From Epiperipatus broadwayi (lineage: Eukaryota; Animalia; Onychophora), in assembly GCA_028023455.1 (NCBI GenBank), contig JAQFVV010000006.1, positions 7,626,001-7,690,000 on the forward strand: DNA of 64,000 bases, in the 5' to 3' direction. Made by a program: the position numbers and the translations under genes. Numbering within the stretch: the first letter of the stretch is position 1; each line of letters begins with the position of its first letter. Positions 50,050 to 63,844 of this stretch are shown here, piece after piece. The notes beneath the pieces are model-generated. The model did no database searches and was not told where the DNA came from. It worked only from the letters and a program-made list of their open reading frames with translations.

Positions 50050-51424
50050 CTTTTCTATGGATAGAGTTTTTGTCACCTGATATATGCCATGCTGCTTTAA
50101 TTTTTTGCTTAAAGTAGCTGCATTCACTGTACATAATATTAATAGATGAAGGAACACAGGGATGACCAGTTATAGAAAAATGTTCAAAAAAATAACTTTT
50201 TAAAGATTCACAATATCTGATCAAGAAAATTTGACCGTACCCAAAATTTCAAAAACTGATACAAATTATACATAAATATTGTGACTTTATAAATACTATT
50301 CAGTAGGAAATGAAATTCTAGATGATTTCCACCTGTCTTTTTTACATTGATGCTAGCTACTGAAATCTCCACAGATATGTGTACAGTGAATACTTCTATA
50401 TAAATGTGAACTGAGAAGAAATATCATGGTCTGAAGATTCATCACTTCCACCTAGGTGACCAACATTGTCATCACAGTAGTGATCCTGTAGGATGAAAGA
50501 CTTGTCATCACTTGAATGTAGGTCTTGGATTTTACAACTGCAGTCTTCTTCATCACTTTTGTCATAATGATTATAAATGCCATCACATTGAAAGTATTTT
50601 GGAATACAATATCCATTGTCATATTTAAATTCACCAGGAAGACATTCAAAGTCATGCATATGCTGTAATCCTTAACAAAAATAATCTGGTTTTATCCCAT
50701 CCTCCACATGGGCTATTACTCTGGAAATCTCAAGGAATAAAGCAAGATGGTGAGTTTATTAAAATCAAGCAGATTTAAGTCACTACACATTGGTTACAAG
50801 ATTTGCCTATTGGATGACATTTAAACTCTGAGGTTCCTATAGATAAGTATTACATTCCATCTTCACATGATCCTGTTGTGCAAAAACCTGAAAAATCATC
50901 ACCTTTACTCCCTAGTTAAAACCAATGTTATCAGTCATAGAAGAATCTTCATTCAACATTGCACTCACTGTTGCACTAAATGCAATACCTTCTAAATTAC
51001 TGGATAATGAAAGATTTGTGTAGGCAATTTATTATCTGTGCTATTTGAATATGTATTATCATTTACACTGTCCAGGATTGATTCTATTGTACCAGCAAAT
51101 GAACTAAGGTATATATTGATATATTAGTTACAAAAAAATCTGAAGCTGTTAATAGTCAACAGAGCAGTCTACAGAGAATAAAATGAAAAAAGTCTGTCAA
51201 AACTAGAGGTCACTGATTTTTTTCATTTTTGGAATATGAATGTTAAGAATATCTTAATCTATTTTTTTCAACAATAAGGACAAAAAATGCATTAAAAAAC
51301 GTGCACAAAAGAAATCGTACAAAAATAGACTTAACTTACCTTGGAAAATGGGGGATATGTTCCAGTAATTTTCAGAAATTGCATAAAAGCAAGCAACAAG
51401 GAAAAATTACTTTAAAATTCGCAT
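50050..51424 (-). pseudogene. Decayed gene for a secreted LDL-receptor class A repeat protein
   Basis: Signal-peptide-like first exon 51340-51424 (MRILKVIFLVACFYAISENYWNISPIFQ, donor gtaagtt). Acceptor ttattctctgtag near 51170 is followed by in-frame stops. ORF 50396-50659 holds two LDLa repeats (CLPGEFKYDNGYCIPKYFQCDG...DKSDEEDC; ...DHYCDDNV...GSDES) that have lost several cysteines. Confidence 0.65.
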
Positions 51425-52501
51425 TAAAAAAAAATAAGGAAATAAAGTATGAGTAATAAAAAATTTCAAATATTTAAAAAAAATTAATACAAGATAAACT
51501 TTTTTTATTAACTACAGTATTTAATTTTACATTTTTTCATACATATTTTAATTATTACCCCTATTTGACAATATGCGTTTGTTTGTGAACTGGTAAGAAA
51601 TCAGATTCATGATGTGATGTACAACTAGCACCACTTTCAGTCTTGTGCTGCATTAATGGTTTTATGTTTCTATATTAAAAAATGATATCGCAATCAAAAC
51701 AAAAAGATTATATATTATCATTAGAAAGATTATTTTCAGTTTAAAAAATCAATAAAATCTTCGTTATTTATTTTAACAATCTAAAAAATTATTTCTGTTA
51801 TATCTAACAAAATACGTTTTAAAAGTTTAAAATTTTTGAATAATTATTGTGATATTTTTATACGTAAGTATAATCTATTATTATTATTTACTCATTAGTA
51901 TAAGTAGGTTATTTACATAGAAGCTAAGATTCTAAATACAGCTTCAGACCATATTCAGATTAGCTGCTAATATAACATTATATTTTTTGGGGAAAAAAGT
52001 ATTTCAAATCAAAATAAGTTATTAATAATTTAAATTTCTTGATATTTAATAAATATAGTGAAATATGAAAGATATTAAGAATAAACATGAATTGCATAAC
52101 TTCAAAATTTAATTTTTTGCAATTATTTTTATAAAATGTATATTTTCATGATTACACTGGGTTTTTTTTTTTTTTTTCAAAAAAAAAAGTTCCATATTTA
52201 AAAATACAAGTTAAGAAACTTGAAGTAAACAAAAAGCAGCAATTATTATGGTCATAATACTCTGTCAAATAATTGTTAAACAACAATAGTTCTAAATTCT
52301 TGTGATACCTTATACAATTTTCCCTTTCAGAAAAATATTTCATAGATTGGTTATGACTTTATAATAATTCATTCAGGTTTAAAAATTAAAATTCATTCAA
52401 CAAATATTTTGTTAATTTCCCTTTTTACAGTAGCATTACAACAATATAAAGCCAATATATGTAAATTTGTTGGTCCCATTACATACTTCACATTTTATAT
52501 T

Positions 52502-52920
52502 TAATTATAAGGGATTAGAACACAAATTTTCAAGTTCTTTTCAGCTATCCACTCTATCTCATACAACCAATACACATGACTACATACATGTGAAAAACAT
52601 GAATGATCTCCAATATATATATATATATATGCTTTGTGAGTTGATCCGGATCATCATCTTCCTCATATATTTATAATCGGTGCTCATTTTATAGCAAATT
52701 TTCAAACTTTAATGGTCAAGCTTCAATCATACTCCACCCTCCAACACTTCAGACATCCACAACATTGCAAATAAGATGAAATGACCAAATCTCTTAATTG
52801 ATGTTAATATTGTTGTCATGCCTATATTGACTGGATAGCTAAAGAGCTGAAGGGTGGAGTAGATTGAAGCCTGTCCATTAAAGTTTGAAGATTTGGTATC
52901 TCAATATAATCTGAGCACTG

Positions 52921-52969
<49 letters not shown>

Positions 52970-53135
52970 GATATTATGATCTGGATCAACTGATAAATGT
53001 TAGTTCTGCACAAAATACATATTTGGAGATCAGTTATCTTTTTTCCCTAGTTTGTGATTATATGTATTGGTCATATGAGATAGAGTGGATAGCTGAATAG
53101 AGCTTGAAAGTCTGTGTTCAAATCCTTTATAATTA
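52502..53135. mobile_element. Family W2 palindrome, older, ~260-290-bp imperfect arms with a (TA)n expansion at 52923-52967
   Basis: Outer ends taattataa.ggatt.gaacaca / tgtgttcaaatcctttataatta. Degenerate hammerhead motif at ~52985-53030. Confidence 0.85.
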
Positions 53136-53509
53136 CATCTAAACTCCAAGTATATAAATTATACTTTCCCATGTTATATATTTATATTTAGAAAGTGCAA
53201 ATATGATTTTGTTTTTCTTTTATAAACTTAAATTTGTAACAAACGCAGCCCAATCTATTGAGTCAAAATATTACTTAATATTTTGACATTAAAATATTGA
53301 ACTATTAACTCAAATTCTCACTTGGATAAGTGGATAAATACTGCACTGTGAGAAGGCTAATAAAATTGTCTGACAGAAAGTTATTTACCTCGAGTAATAG
53401 AACTTGAGTTATTTTCACAATAGGATCCCAGAGACTACGAAGTCTTGAATTCATACTATAAAAGTAGTAATGATGATGTGAACATAAACTTCATCCATAA
53501 TACATCTTT

Positions 53510-53590
53510 TTTTTCATATGTCATAGCATTGTCCGGGAGGTGAACCCACAACCGTCTGCAACCAACTACTTACTTGCAAGGTGGCTGTGA
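53510..53590 (-). mobile_element. SINE S1, 5'-truncated
   Basis: tgtcatagcat.g.ccggga.g.gaacccacaaccgtctgcaaccaactactt matches 29375-29430. Confidence 0.8.
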
Positions 53591-54935
53591 TGACTTACAT
53601 CTTATCAAAGGTATTTATGTGAAAGAGTGTAATTGAACTTCTCTCTTTATAAAAATTTACGTATAATCAAAATAGAAATATATATATAAAATTAATACAG
53701 CTGCCACTATGGTAACAACGAGAGTAGAATTGAGTTTGGCGTGCTCATGTCTATTGCATGCACAATAAATAACCACCACAAATAATTATATTCATGAAAT
53801 ACATCTGAAGTCATCCTTCAAAAAAAAAATAATCCAGATCTATAAGTGATCTGAAATTGACTTGCTATAGTTAAAATATTTAGTCCCCTCCCCCATGCAA
53901 TTTAATACAGAGATAGAGTGACAGACTCAGAAGCTAAAGATTCAATTTAAAGTGAATCAAAATATTAAATACTCAAATTGCCACTAGGATGTTCAAGCAT
54001 CACACGACCCCCAAGCAACTAATAGTAAAAAAATTTTACATGTGTAAATATTAATAAAAATTTAATACAATATAAAAGTTATTTTATATTCTAATGGGCG
54101 TCAGAACGAACGGCAACTAACAGCTCAGGGTTGCACAAATTATGTTGCCGAAATTACCCCTGCCAAATTTTCATTTATTAAAAAATGTTAGTATACAAAA
54201 TTAAAAGCGTGTGAAGCACTTGAAAGAGAAGCTACAAAGTTTCAAAAATTATTAAATGCTAAGCACTTTCGAGGTCATTTGCGTCATATTCATAGCGATA
54301 ATGTGAGATGCAGAACAAGGAAACAAAAGTGATATACAAAGCGTATGCAAATGATTTAGATAGTCCAATGTTTGGAAATGTCAAAGCAGGCATCACGTCT
54401 ATTGATAGAGTTATTATTGCCATTAATGAAGTATGCTTCTCTGATTTTCTGTTTGATGTCGTTTTCCTCAATGCAAACTATTTTGGGGTTGGAGGGTTCA
54501 AACATATGGCCTGTCTTCTTGAAATGTTTTAAGAATGTTGATGAATTGTCATTATTTTTCTTTGCTCTATTATAGATGTATCTATGCTGTGCAGTGCTGT
54601 TGGTTATGCCTGCTTTGGTTTTCCCAAAATAAATGGCCCGGCAACCGGGTTGTGGGCATGAGATGCTATAAATGACATGGGGGGGGGTCTGAGAAGGTTC
54701 GATTCTGTCCTTAGAATTATTGATTAGACGATTGGTGCAAGGGTATCTGCCAGGTTAGAAAAAAAGTTTGCTTCAATATGTAAAAACTGAAACACAGGCT
54801 TCTTATATACCTGTGTCTATATATATGTAATATATAGGGTATATGAGCACAGACTTTCACACGACTCACCACTCTCTACTCTATCTAATAACACTGGAAC
54901 ACCCAAACACATATATGTTAAAAAGATAAATAATC

Positions 54936-54979
54936 ACCAATATAAGTATTTCATGCTAAACCAGCAATCATCAGATGGT
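54936..54979 (-). ncRNA. Type I minimal hammerhead motif (W2), core intact
   Basis: Minus strand reads ACCAt-CTGATGA-tTGCTG gtt TAGCAt-GAAA-TActTA-TA-tTGGT. Confidence 0.65.
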
Positions 54980-55294
54980 CCAGATTATCATCCCCACACA
55001 TATATACCATAAGTTCCAGTTACTACATTGTAGAGATGTCTGCCCATCCTTGCATATGTATTAAATGAATTGTGTCCTATACATGTGGGATTCATATTGA
55101 CCTTAAGTTAACATGGGTGTGACAAGAATCTTGGCCTCAGGGTGGCCTTTGAGCATTCCATCATCAGATTTTCAATTGGAGGGACAGTTGAAAAGTTGGA
55201 GTGGATCGAAGTCTGTCCATTAAAGTATGAGGATTGTCTATCTTAATATATATCTGAGCACTTATGGTATATAGGTGTGGAGATGATAATCTGG

Positions 55295-55338
55295 ACCAAC
55301 TGATGATTGCTGGTTTAGCATGAAATACATATATAGGT
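55295..55338 (+). ncRNA. Type I minimal hammerhead motif (W2), core intact
   Basis: ACCAA-CTGATGA-tTGCTG gtt TAGCAt-GAAA-TAcaTA-TA-TaGGT, with an AUA triplet and a T-T mismatch at the base of stem II. Confidence 0.65.
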
Positions 55339-58300
55339 GATTATTTATCTTTTCAACAGATATGTGTTTGGGTGTTCCAGTGTTATTAGATAGAGTGGAG
55401 AGTGGTGAGTCGTGTGAAAGTCTGTGCTCATATACCCTATATATTCGATATGTAAAGCAAATATTGCTAAACATTATCTGCATTTCATATTTTTCAAAAT
55501 TGCTTTCTCATTAAATATATATATTAAAAACCAGCTTAAGAATAATGATAAGGACCAATTGGTATGTACTCTGAATTACCAGGTTTAACAGGAATCAAAT
55601 GAATGGGAAAACACAAGCAAATTTAAAGACTGGATCAGCACAGCTGTTTTAGCCATACAATAGGTTAAAAAACAACAGCACATTTGCTTCTGTATATTTT
55701 GGGCATGAGAAAGAAATGGGTATATTGGATGAATCTATTGGTGCCAAAATCATTTGTCAGAAGAAAAATAATAATAAAAAATAGAAAAGACTTGGTGGAT
55801 AAAGCAAAATGTGTAAGAAGAATTGGTATTTTAATTTGTAACCAGTGTATGTTAAAATTTGCTATAATAAATTTTGCTCTCATGCATTATACTAAAAGCA
55901 TGCATGACTTAGCAATTTTTAAATTTCAATGCTGTACTTATTATGAACTCACACAATAACAGCCTGAGCTTATCTACACCATAAATCTTTGGTTATCAAG
56001 GCAGTCTAAAATCTTAATAATGACAAAGAAAGTTGAGACTTGTACTATAACAAATGAAGACTTTAAATAAATCACAATAATCAGTAAAATCTAACCTGTT
56101 TTGAAAGTAGACTTATAAAATAAGTCTTTTTTAACATTTTCAAACTCCATTTCTGTTCCTTATTTAGATAATAATCTGGATTTTGCATGAAGCTAGATGG
56201 TTCATAAATATAAATCACATGATAACAGCCCAAATTGAGATCTATATCAGGAATCTTCAATCAATAGCAAGACAACTTCTATAAGTAAAAGATGGATTCC
56301 ACCTTTCACTCTAATCTAAAACCATAATATAGAAAAAGAAAGTTGATACTTGGACTGTTACAGGCTGAGATTGTGAATTGTCCACATTCTCTTGCTTAAA
56401 TCATAGTGAAAATGCAAATTAGCATTTTGAATCACATGCAAGTACACAAACTCCTCTAAATAATAATCACTGCAAGACAAAGTCGCTTTTCAAACATATT
56501 CACCATCACATTACACCAGAAAAAATTTTTTTCTTCTTATCAATACAAGTCACTTCCTCACCACTTAATTTTCTTATTGTAAATAAATCGTTTCGAAATA
56601 ACTACATTCTCATAACATCTCAAAATAAATTTTTTGAGTAAGATAAAATCAGATTAATGATATTAATTTATCTGTCCACATTTCTGTGGACATGCAGACA
56701 GAAAAAAATTTGCCTAACAGGTTATGTAGGTTGAGCTTCATGCTCGGGATGTGTAATCCTAGAGCTATCCCTCTACTGCTGTGTTAAACTGCACAGTGCA
56801 ACCAACTGTTTTATGGTCATAGGAGCTGCATAAGACCCAAGCATTATGGTTGTCATAGTTGATCTTCAACCCAGGTAGCTCTTAAATTAAACAGCAACTA
56901 ATCTTTATCAATTAAAATATTGATCGAACCTGAGAACGCTCTAGATGGTATAATAGGCAACTATGTTACCACAGGCTTATTTCAAATTTCTGCCTCCACG
57001 CTTACACCTCTCAATACTTTTAACAAAAGCAGCCTAATCTCTGATATCTGTTTGTTTAATCTTAAGACTTGATTTACAGCTATGTATTTCCCGCTTTACT
57101 AACACTACTTGTAAATGTTTTTTTGTTAATATATGAAAATAAAATTGATAAAAAAAAAAAAAAATGATAAAGATTAAAAGTACATGTACATGTTGTATAT
57201 ACTTTTTCTTTTTTTAGAAAATAAGAATTATAAAGATTTTAATTTTTTTTAACAAGAGTTTCTTGCAATTCTCTTATTGATTTATGATTTGGTCCAACGC
57301 TAAAGTGCAAAACGAAAAACAATGTCATAATGTAAAATTATATGTAAAACAATATAAATTGTTCTTACATAAAATCAGCACTTGAATAGTATTAATAAAC
57401 TGTGACCGCACGACCACTATGCAATTATTTACACAAAATACATACGCAATGAGTTTTTCTCCCTGATATATATAATTTATTACTATATATATAATAGAAT
57501 TTTTTTTGTAACAGTATCAGTAAATAATCCTACAATTTATGGCTCAAATGTTCTTTAAAAAAATCAAGCGCCAGAAAAAATAGACCGAACCATGATTCAT
57601 GAACCTTGGGTTCTGGGGACTATCACTCAACTACCGCTCTAAAACATGGAGGGCATTTAACGATAACACTAAGCAAGAATCTCACGGTACAGTGAAGACC
57701 ATCTTTGCGCCACTCCAACGCTGCCCGATTATGATTCTAATCTAAGGAAAATATTTTTTTAAAAAACTCGTAAATAGATTTAGTCAATCTAAGTAACCAT
57801 TCTATAGCTGCTGGTAAATGGATGTCTAGCTATTCTTAGCTAGTGGATCAAAGTTCCAAGTTAATTTGAATTGGTCCAATAAATGCAGATGCGTTCACTG
57901 TAAATTAAAAAACAATCATTTGCAGCCTTACTAGTGAGAAAAGGGGGTCACAGTCAAATGAAAGAGGAGGGATTGAGCTTATGATCACCATTACCTTTAC
58001 AATTCACCTTACCGCATATAACTCGTAATGTGTATGTGTTTCCCCCTTTTTTTAAAAAGTATGAACTATAGCAAGCAGTAAAACATTCTAATCTTTATGA
58101 ATTTTTTAAAATGTCTGTCGTTAGATGAATATCATCTTTTGTTCTTTTTTTTTCATTTTTTCCTCTTCTTCGCTCATTACCATAATCTAAACCAATTATT
58201 TTTCAACAGACAAAACCAGAGGGCTCAAGTCATGACAGCTACGTAATAATATTTGTAGACAACAGTTTAACTCTTCCCTTTGGATACATTTATTCTGTTG

Positions 58301-61300
58301 AAGTTAATATGATAAGCTTCTTTCATGAAAAATTTACTACCAACGTTCATTCTTAACCCATGCAGACATAAATCTAAGATACAACGCGGCATCAACAAAT
58401 GGGTGGAGTTCTTTTCAATATCATATTTCATCTCATTCTTTTTAACTCTTATACGATTAGGTCTGTAAAACAATTTCATGAAACGGTTTTTAAATTAATT
58501 AATATACCTGTAAATCAAATATAATTTTTAATTTTTAAATTCAGGTAACAATAAAAAATCAAAAAAATTACTCCCTCCCCGCTTTTATGTAAATATATAA
58601 GAAAAAGATTAGTTCTAAAAATATAATGTATTTATAATAATGTAAGAGCTTATTTAAAAAATATGCTATTGTTCTAAAGCTTGGCTACAGTCTTCTACTA
58701 CTTAGTACTCCATCTGGGTTTTTGGGAGCGCAATCAACAAACATAGAAAAGGATTAGAATATAAATGCCTTCAAATGAATTCGAATTTTAGCATTTTAAG
58801 CACTCAAAAACTTCTTATGAACTCTCATCTCATGTAATAATGTTATTTCATAATTTGCTTTAAAGAAAATATTCAATTTTAACATAGCACGAAATGCCAG
58901 GCAGATTTATTAAAACCTGAAATAAAAAGGGTCTGTCACTCAGACTGAGTGAGAATTGAGCACTGAACACGATAACTTGGTCTTCAATCCCAGATTATTT
59001 AGCTTCAAAGGTCATCATTCTATTCCTGTTTTAAACTGCAAATGGCCACAAAATATAGGGACTGCAAAAGTAGGTCTACAGTTATAAGCTTTTTTTTCCG
59101 TATAATCATGGCAGGTAATTTAAATAATGATGAAAGAAAGTGGCTAATCAAACAGTACTAGATACCTACCTTTGCATCCTACTGTATATGAATAAGCAAG
59201 TAAAGAATATAGTCTTGCAACTTACTAAAAAGAAATGAAATAATTAAGCCAACTAGTTATCTTAGAATAGGCACAAAAGTATGAGATTATGATAAATAGT
59301 CTCGGATGTTAAAGAAATTATCTCACCCTCAAGTGATCACTTCTTGCCACTGTATGCTTTCAGCAAAATGCTCAAATGCATATAAATTTATTTCACTAAT
59401 ATCATTATAATGCATTATTTCAATTTATATTACTTGTTTAATACATCGTTCTCCTTTCAACATTTGGGCTATTTATTAATATCATCATCCAATAATAATT
59501 GAAAAAAAATTCCAATACAAACATTGTAAAATGCAGCAACAAAATTATTATCACTTTCTTAATTTATTTCTTTTGGTAAGTCACATACATTTCATGTATA
59601 TAATATAAAAATGTATTACTTCTAGCCTGCAATGACTATAGTGCTGGTTAATCATGTAAATACTACAAACAGTATCTCATACTGCTCCTAAAAGGAGTAC
59701 TTGTTTTATATAAATATTTCAAATTTTATTTTTTTAGTATAAGCATTATTTACAATAAATATTAAAATATTTGCATAAAAAAATTTAAAAAATACAGCCA
59801 TAAAATTGCACAAATGAAAAAATAAAATTATTTTTATCCAACTGGATTCAGCTGGTTGCTGTCATATAATCAGCTATTATAATGAAATAAAATGTCTTTT
59901 TATTATTGCTATCATTAGTTGCAATAGAAAAAGATAAAAAAATACTGTCACTTAGACTACAAGTGGTATGAGCTAGCTGAATCAGAAAAGATAGACATAA
60001 AATTTAAGCTATGTAAGCTAAATGCAAATAATTTGAATTTTTCAAAATAAATACATACTTAGGAAGGTACTGAGATGGAAACCTGTTCAATTTAAAAAAT
60101 AATATGAAAGTAAGGTATGTGAAAATTGATAAGCATATAAAAAACCACATATATCCATTGTGGGATAATTATAAATGCTTATTATGAGATCCTTATTCAC
60201 ATATTTTATATGCTGATAACAGTGATTGCATGTCAATGTAGCAAAAATCTTCATAGCTTTATGAAATAAAAGCTTTAACTCCTTAAGTGATGCTATTATC
60301 AAGATGTGTTGTTCTCTCTAATGATCAGTTAGTCATTACTTGAATCAATATTCTTTATATGATATTAATGGATTTCACTTATTCAACAGTTATTTATTCT
60401 AGTTTTAACTACTGTTCCCAGAAGTCAGCAATAATTGGGAATCAGAAAATAAAATGAACAAGTAGCTCTAATCAGGAAATAATACACTCCTACATTCATG
60501 CAGCATAACTAATTTTATCAGTTATACCATTTTGTTTACACACATGATAACAGTAATATATGTATATTTACTATTTATTTACCTTTTTATACTGAATTAT
60601 TAAACTGATTTTAAAAGTTATATTATTTTGTTTACATGGATGTTGAAAGTAATAAATATATATTTATAATGAATTATTAAATATTTATTTTTTAATAACT
60701 AAATGATATTCATATAGTTTTTAAAACATACATATATAAATACTTAATCTCTACAAGTATATTAATATTTCTGGAAAATTGTATGAAATCAAACACAAAA
60801 TACTTTGTATCATTAATATTCATTTGTAAAGTTGATTTTTTATTTCTAATAATATCTTAAATATTTGTATATATGTTTTAATATATTTAAAAAAATAGTT
60901 ACAATTTTTTAATTAAATATAACTGGAGGGCATTTATACAAAAACAATATATAGAAAGGTCAACTAGTGTGATTCATGAGAAATCAGTTAAGAGATTAAT
61001 ATAGCAGAAATTTGTTACTATCACAATGCACAAACTTCCTTGTACAAAATTGAAAGACTTAACTATACAATGAACAATTTTTAACTGTTTCCATGTCATA
61101 TTAACTGCAAATATTCCTATTGGTCAAGTGAATTAAAGTTCTATACTTTTGATTGGTCAATTGCAGAATCAGCAGTGTCTTTTAAAATTATACTCATTTT
61201 AGTTTAGTTTCTAAAAAGCAAATTAATAATTTGTCAGATTATTAAAACAAATAAAAGTTTTTTTCAAAAATAAATTTCTGTTTATAATTGATAAAAATAA

Positions 61301-61855
61301 TCTATAGGGATAAACATAAAACATACTTTTCTCAACAATTATAAAATTCAAGCTACATCACTGATTTCTTTCTTAATTTACTTTCATGTAAAAGTAAATA
61401 ACTTTTACTAAAATGTGAACTATTCTTCTAAAATAATTATATTTTCACACATATTTTATAAAAATAATAAATATGTAAAAAAAATACTCTAAAACAAATT
61501 TTCATTTTGAAAATCAAAACAAAGAACTTAGAACTGTCAAAATTGTTGACAAATGCTCCCTTGTGTAAAGAATGAGAAATAACCGATCAACACCTTGGAA
61601 GGCAGGCCTTAGTTCATTGTTTGAACTTCAAATTTAAATGTTATTGATTTAGTAGTTGTGAAATAATTATAAAGGTGGCAGTATCATATGGTACATTTTT
61701 CTTGATAAAATAACTGTAAAATTGGCAAAACAATTAGCAGTTTGAGAGAGATTTAAAGTTACACCTGAAAATCTTCAGTGAACTCACTCTACAAATTAAT
61801 ATAATATTAAAATACAAGTATAGTATATATATACTTAAACTAAATGTAATTAGAT

Positions 61856-62004
61856 TTGAACCCAGGTTTTCTAGCTCCATTCAGTCATCCACTCCATCTT
61901 ATAAAACTAATACATATGACCACATACATGAGCAATGTAGTCACATGTATTGGTTGTATAAGATGAAGTGGATGGCTGAAGGAACCTTGACAGTCTGGGT
62001 TCAA
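61856..62004. repeat. Short palindrome made only of family W2 3' ends (~70-bp arms)
   Basis: ttgaacccag...ttcagtcatccactccatcttata / tataagatgaagtggatggctgaa...ctgggttcaa. Confidence 0.85.
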
Positions 62005-63844
62005 TTTTCCTGTAATTTAATGATATTAATATATGCATTTTAACATCAACACCTGTCTACGTTGTAAGTGAAATATAAAATGAGATATCAAAGTCAAACA
62101 AAAGGTAGATATCATTCTTGCTATTTGCAAATACAAATTCCATATCAAAGGTAGAATTAATTATTAAATTACAAGATATAATTGAAAGCAAAAAATATTT
62201 TGTAATTGTAAATCATCAAGGGAAAAACAATAATAAATAAAAATGTATTATAGACTTATCTAGGTAAAATAAAATTTTGATCGATTGCTTTTGATGATTA
62301 TGTTCCAAAACAAATTTTTCAGTTATACAAAATAAAAAATGTCTTCACATAAAATTTCTTGAAGTTTTAAATAGGAGACTGTTCAAATAAAGCTTTCTTG
62401 ACAAAAAGGAACTTTTGAGTGCATTTGAAAATAGATATTCAGACCTAATTTTTTAATGTATTTGTTTTAAAAATGTAAATGTTGATTTTACTTCTAAAAT
62501 AATTATGATTTCCAAAATTAAAAAAAGAAAATAAAGAATCTACTTTAATTTGCCGAGTACTAATATAATATAATGATTTTTTAATGCATTTGGTTGAAGA
62601 TACAATTTTCACAAAAATATTATATTATATAATAATAAAGATTTTAAAAATGCTTTATAAAGATGGAAAAGTATAACCATAAACACAATACAAAAAATAA
62701 AGAATGTAAATTTTTTTAAAATTATTAATTTTAAATTTATTCATAAATTGAAAATTTTAGTATTAAGTTTCAAAATACAACTACTTTGTTGATTTTAAAT
62801 TATTCTACATATAGTTTCAATAAAAATGACATATAATAGCAAACTCCCATTATATATATATATTGTATGCAAAGATCATAACAATTCAGTATTTTATTTA
62901 AAATCCAAGTCGTAAATAAAAGATTTTAGTTCAGATGGTGAGATTAGCTAATAATTTCTATTCAAGTGTTTATTTAATAATAACTTTGCTAAGATGGAAG
63001 AGCCAATACACACAACTACCTCATTTTGCACATGTACATTGGAATACACTCACAAACATATATATTTATATGACCAATTTCTTTTACAAATCTGATATTC
63101 AAAATATAATTAATAATATTGTAATGAGTAACGATTTTGTTTTTAATAATTGAAAGAAGTTTTACTTGCAGAAAAATAAATTTGAAATAATTTATCTCGA
63201 GAGAATTCATTTTGACATTATATAAAAATGTATTTATTAATTTTGTACATACTTTTAAAAAAAACTACCAATTCATTTTAAAATCTCCATGCAGAAAGTA
63301 ATTCTCTGTGCGTTTCATTTTCTATTAAAAAGATTTGAAAAAAAGAAATGTAACTTTTATAAAAAAACTTTATTAAAAACTATTTCATATAGCCATTTTG
63401 AAAGTACTATTTTATGGAAAGACTGTTTACTAACATAATACTTATAACAGGCTTTAAAGTATATAGGTGAAGTTCATAAAAATGTTGACAGTTGAACGTT
63501 TAGCTTAGTGCTTTCGGAGTATGTTTACTCCATATTCATAGCCATTATTAACATAATGTATCATATGCATGCACAATATGTGTGTGTGTTTTTTTATATG
63601 TTTACTGAACGCAAATTTGCTTCATTTAGTTATCAAACCACTGATGAAATTTTGCCGGAGATAACGCTATTAAATGAATATTGAATATCAACCACACAAT
63701 TATCTATAATAATTGATCATGACTTATCAGTGATGGACTGACTGCAACTCTCAAGACAAAGTACCTATTACTTTTACTGTCATTTTCCCTAAAGGCAGTA
63801 TGTAATTTGCTTATATTGAATGTTTTTTACATGTGTAAACAGAA

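Larger units (their letters stand above)
54829..55445. mobile_element. Family W2 palindrome: 185-bp near-identical arms (54829-55013 / 55261-55445) with a 247-bp spacer
   Basis: Arms are complementary with few mismatches, and each carries a hammerhead motif. Confidence 0.95.

Noticed and set aside
56000-56600. Possible Ty3/Gypsy RNase H remnant on the minus strand
   Set aside because: Only scattered residue-level resemblance with many stops, and no LTRs were seen.
58267-58462. Minus-strand acceptor followed by a 60+ codon open frame
   Set aside because: No recognisable protein family and no linked upstream exon identified.
681-63210. Most of the 60-110 aa ORFs in the supplied track
   Set aside because: They are low-complexity, AT-driven or antisense to LINE remnants, with no splice support or recognisable domain.
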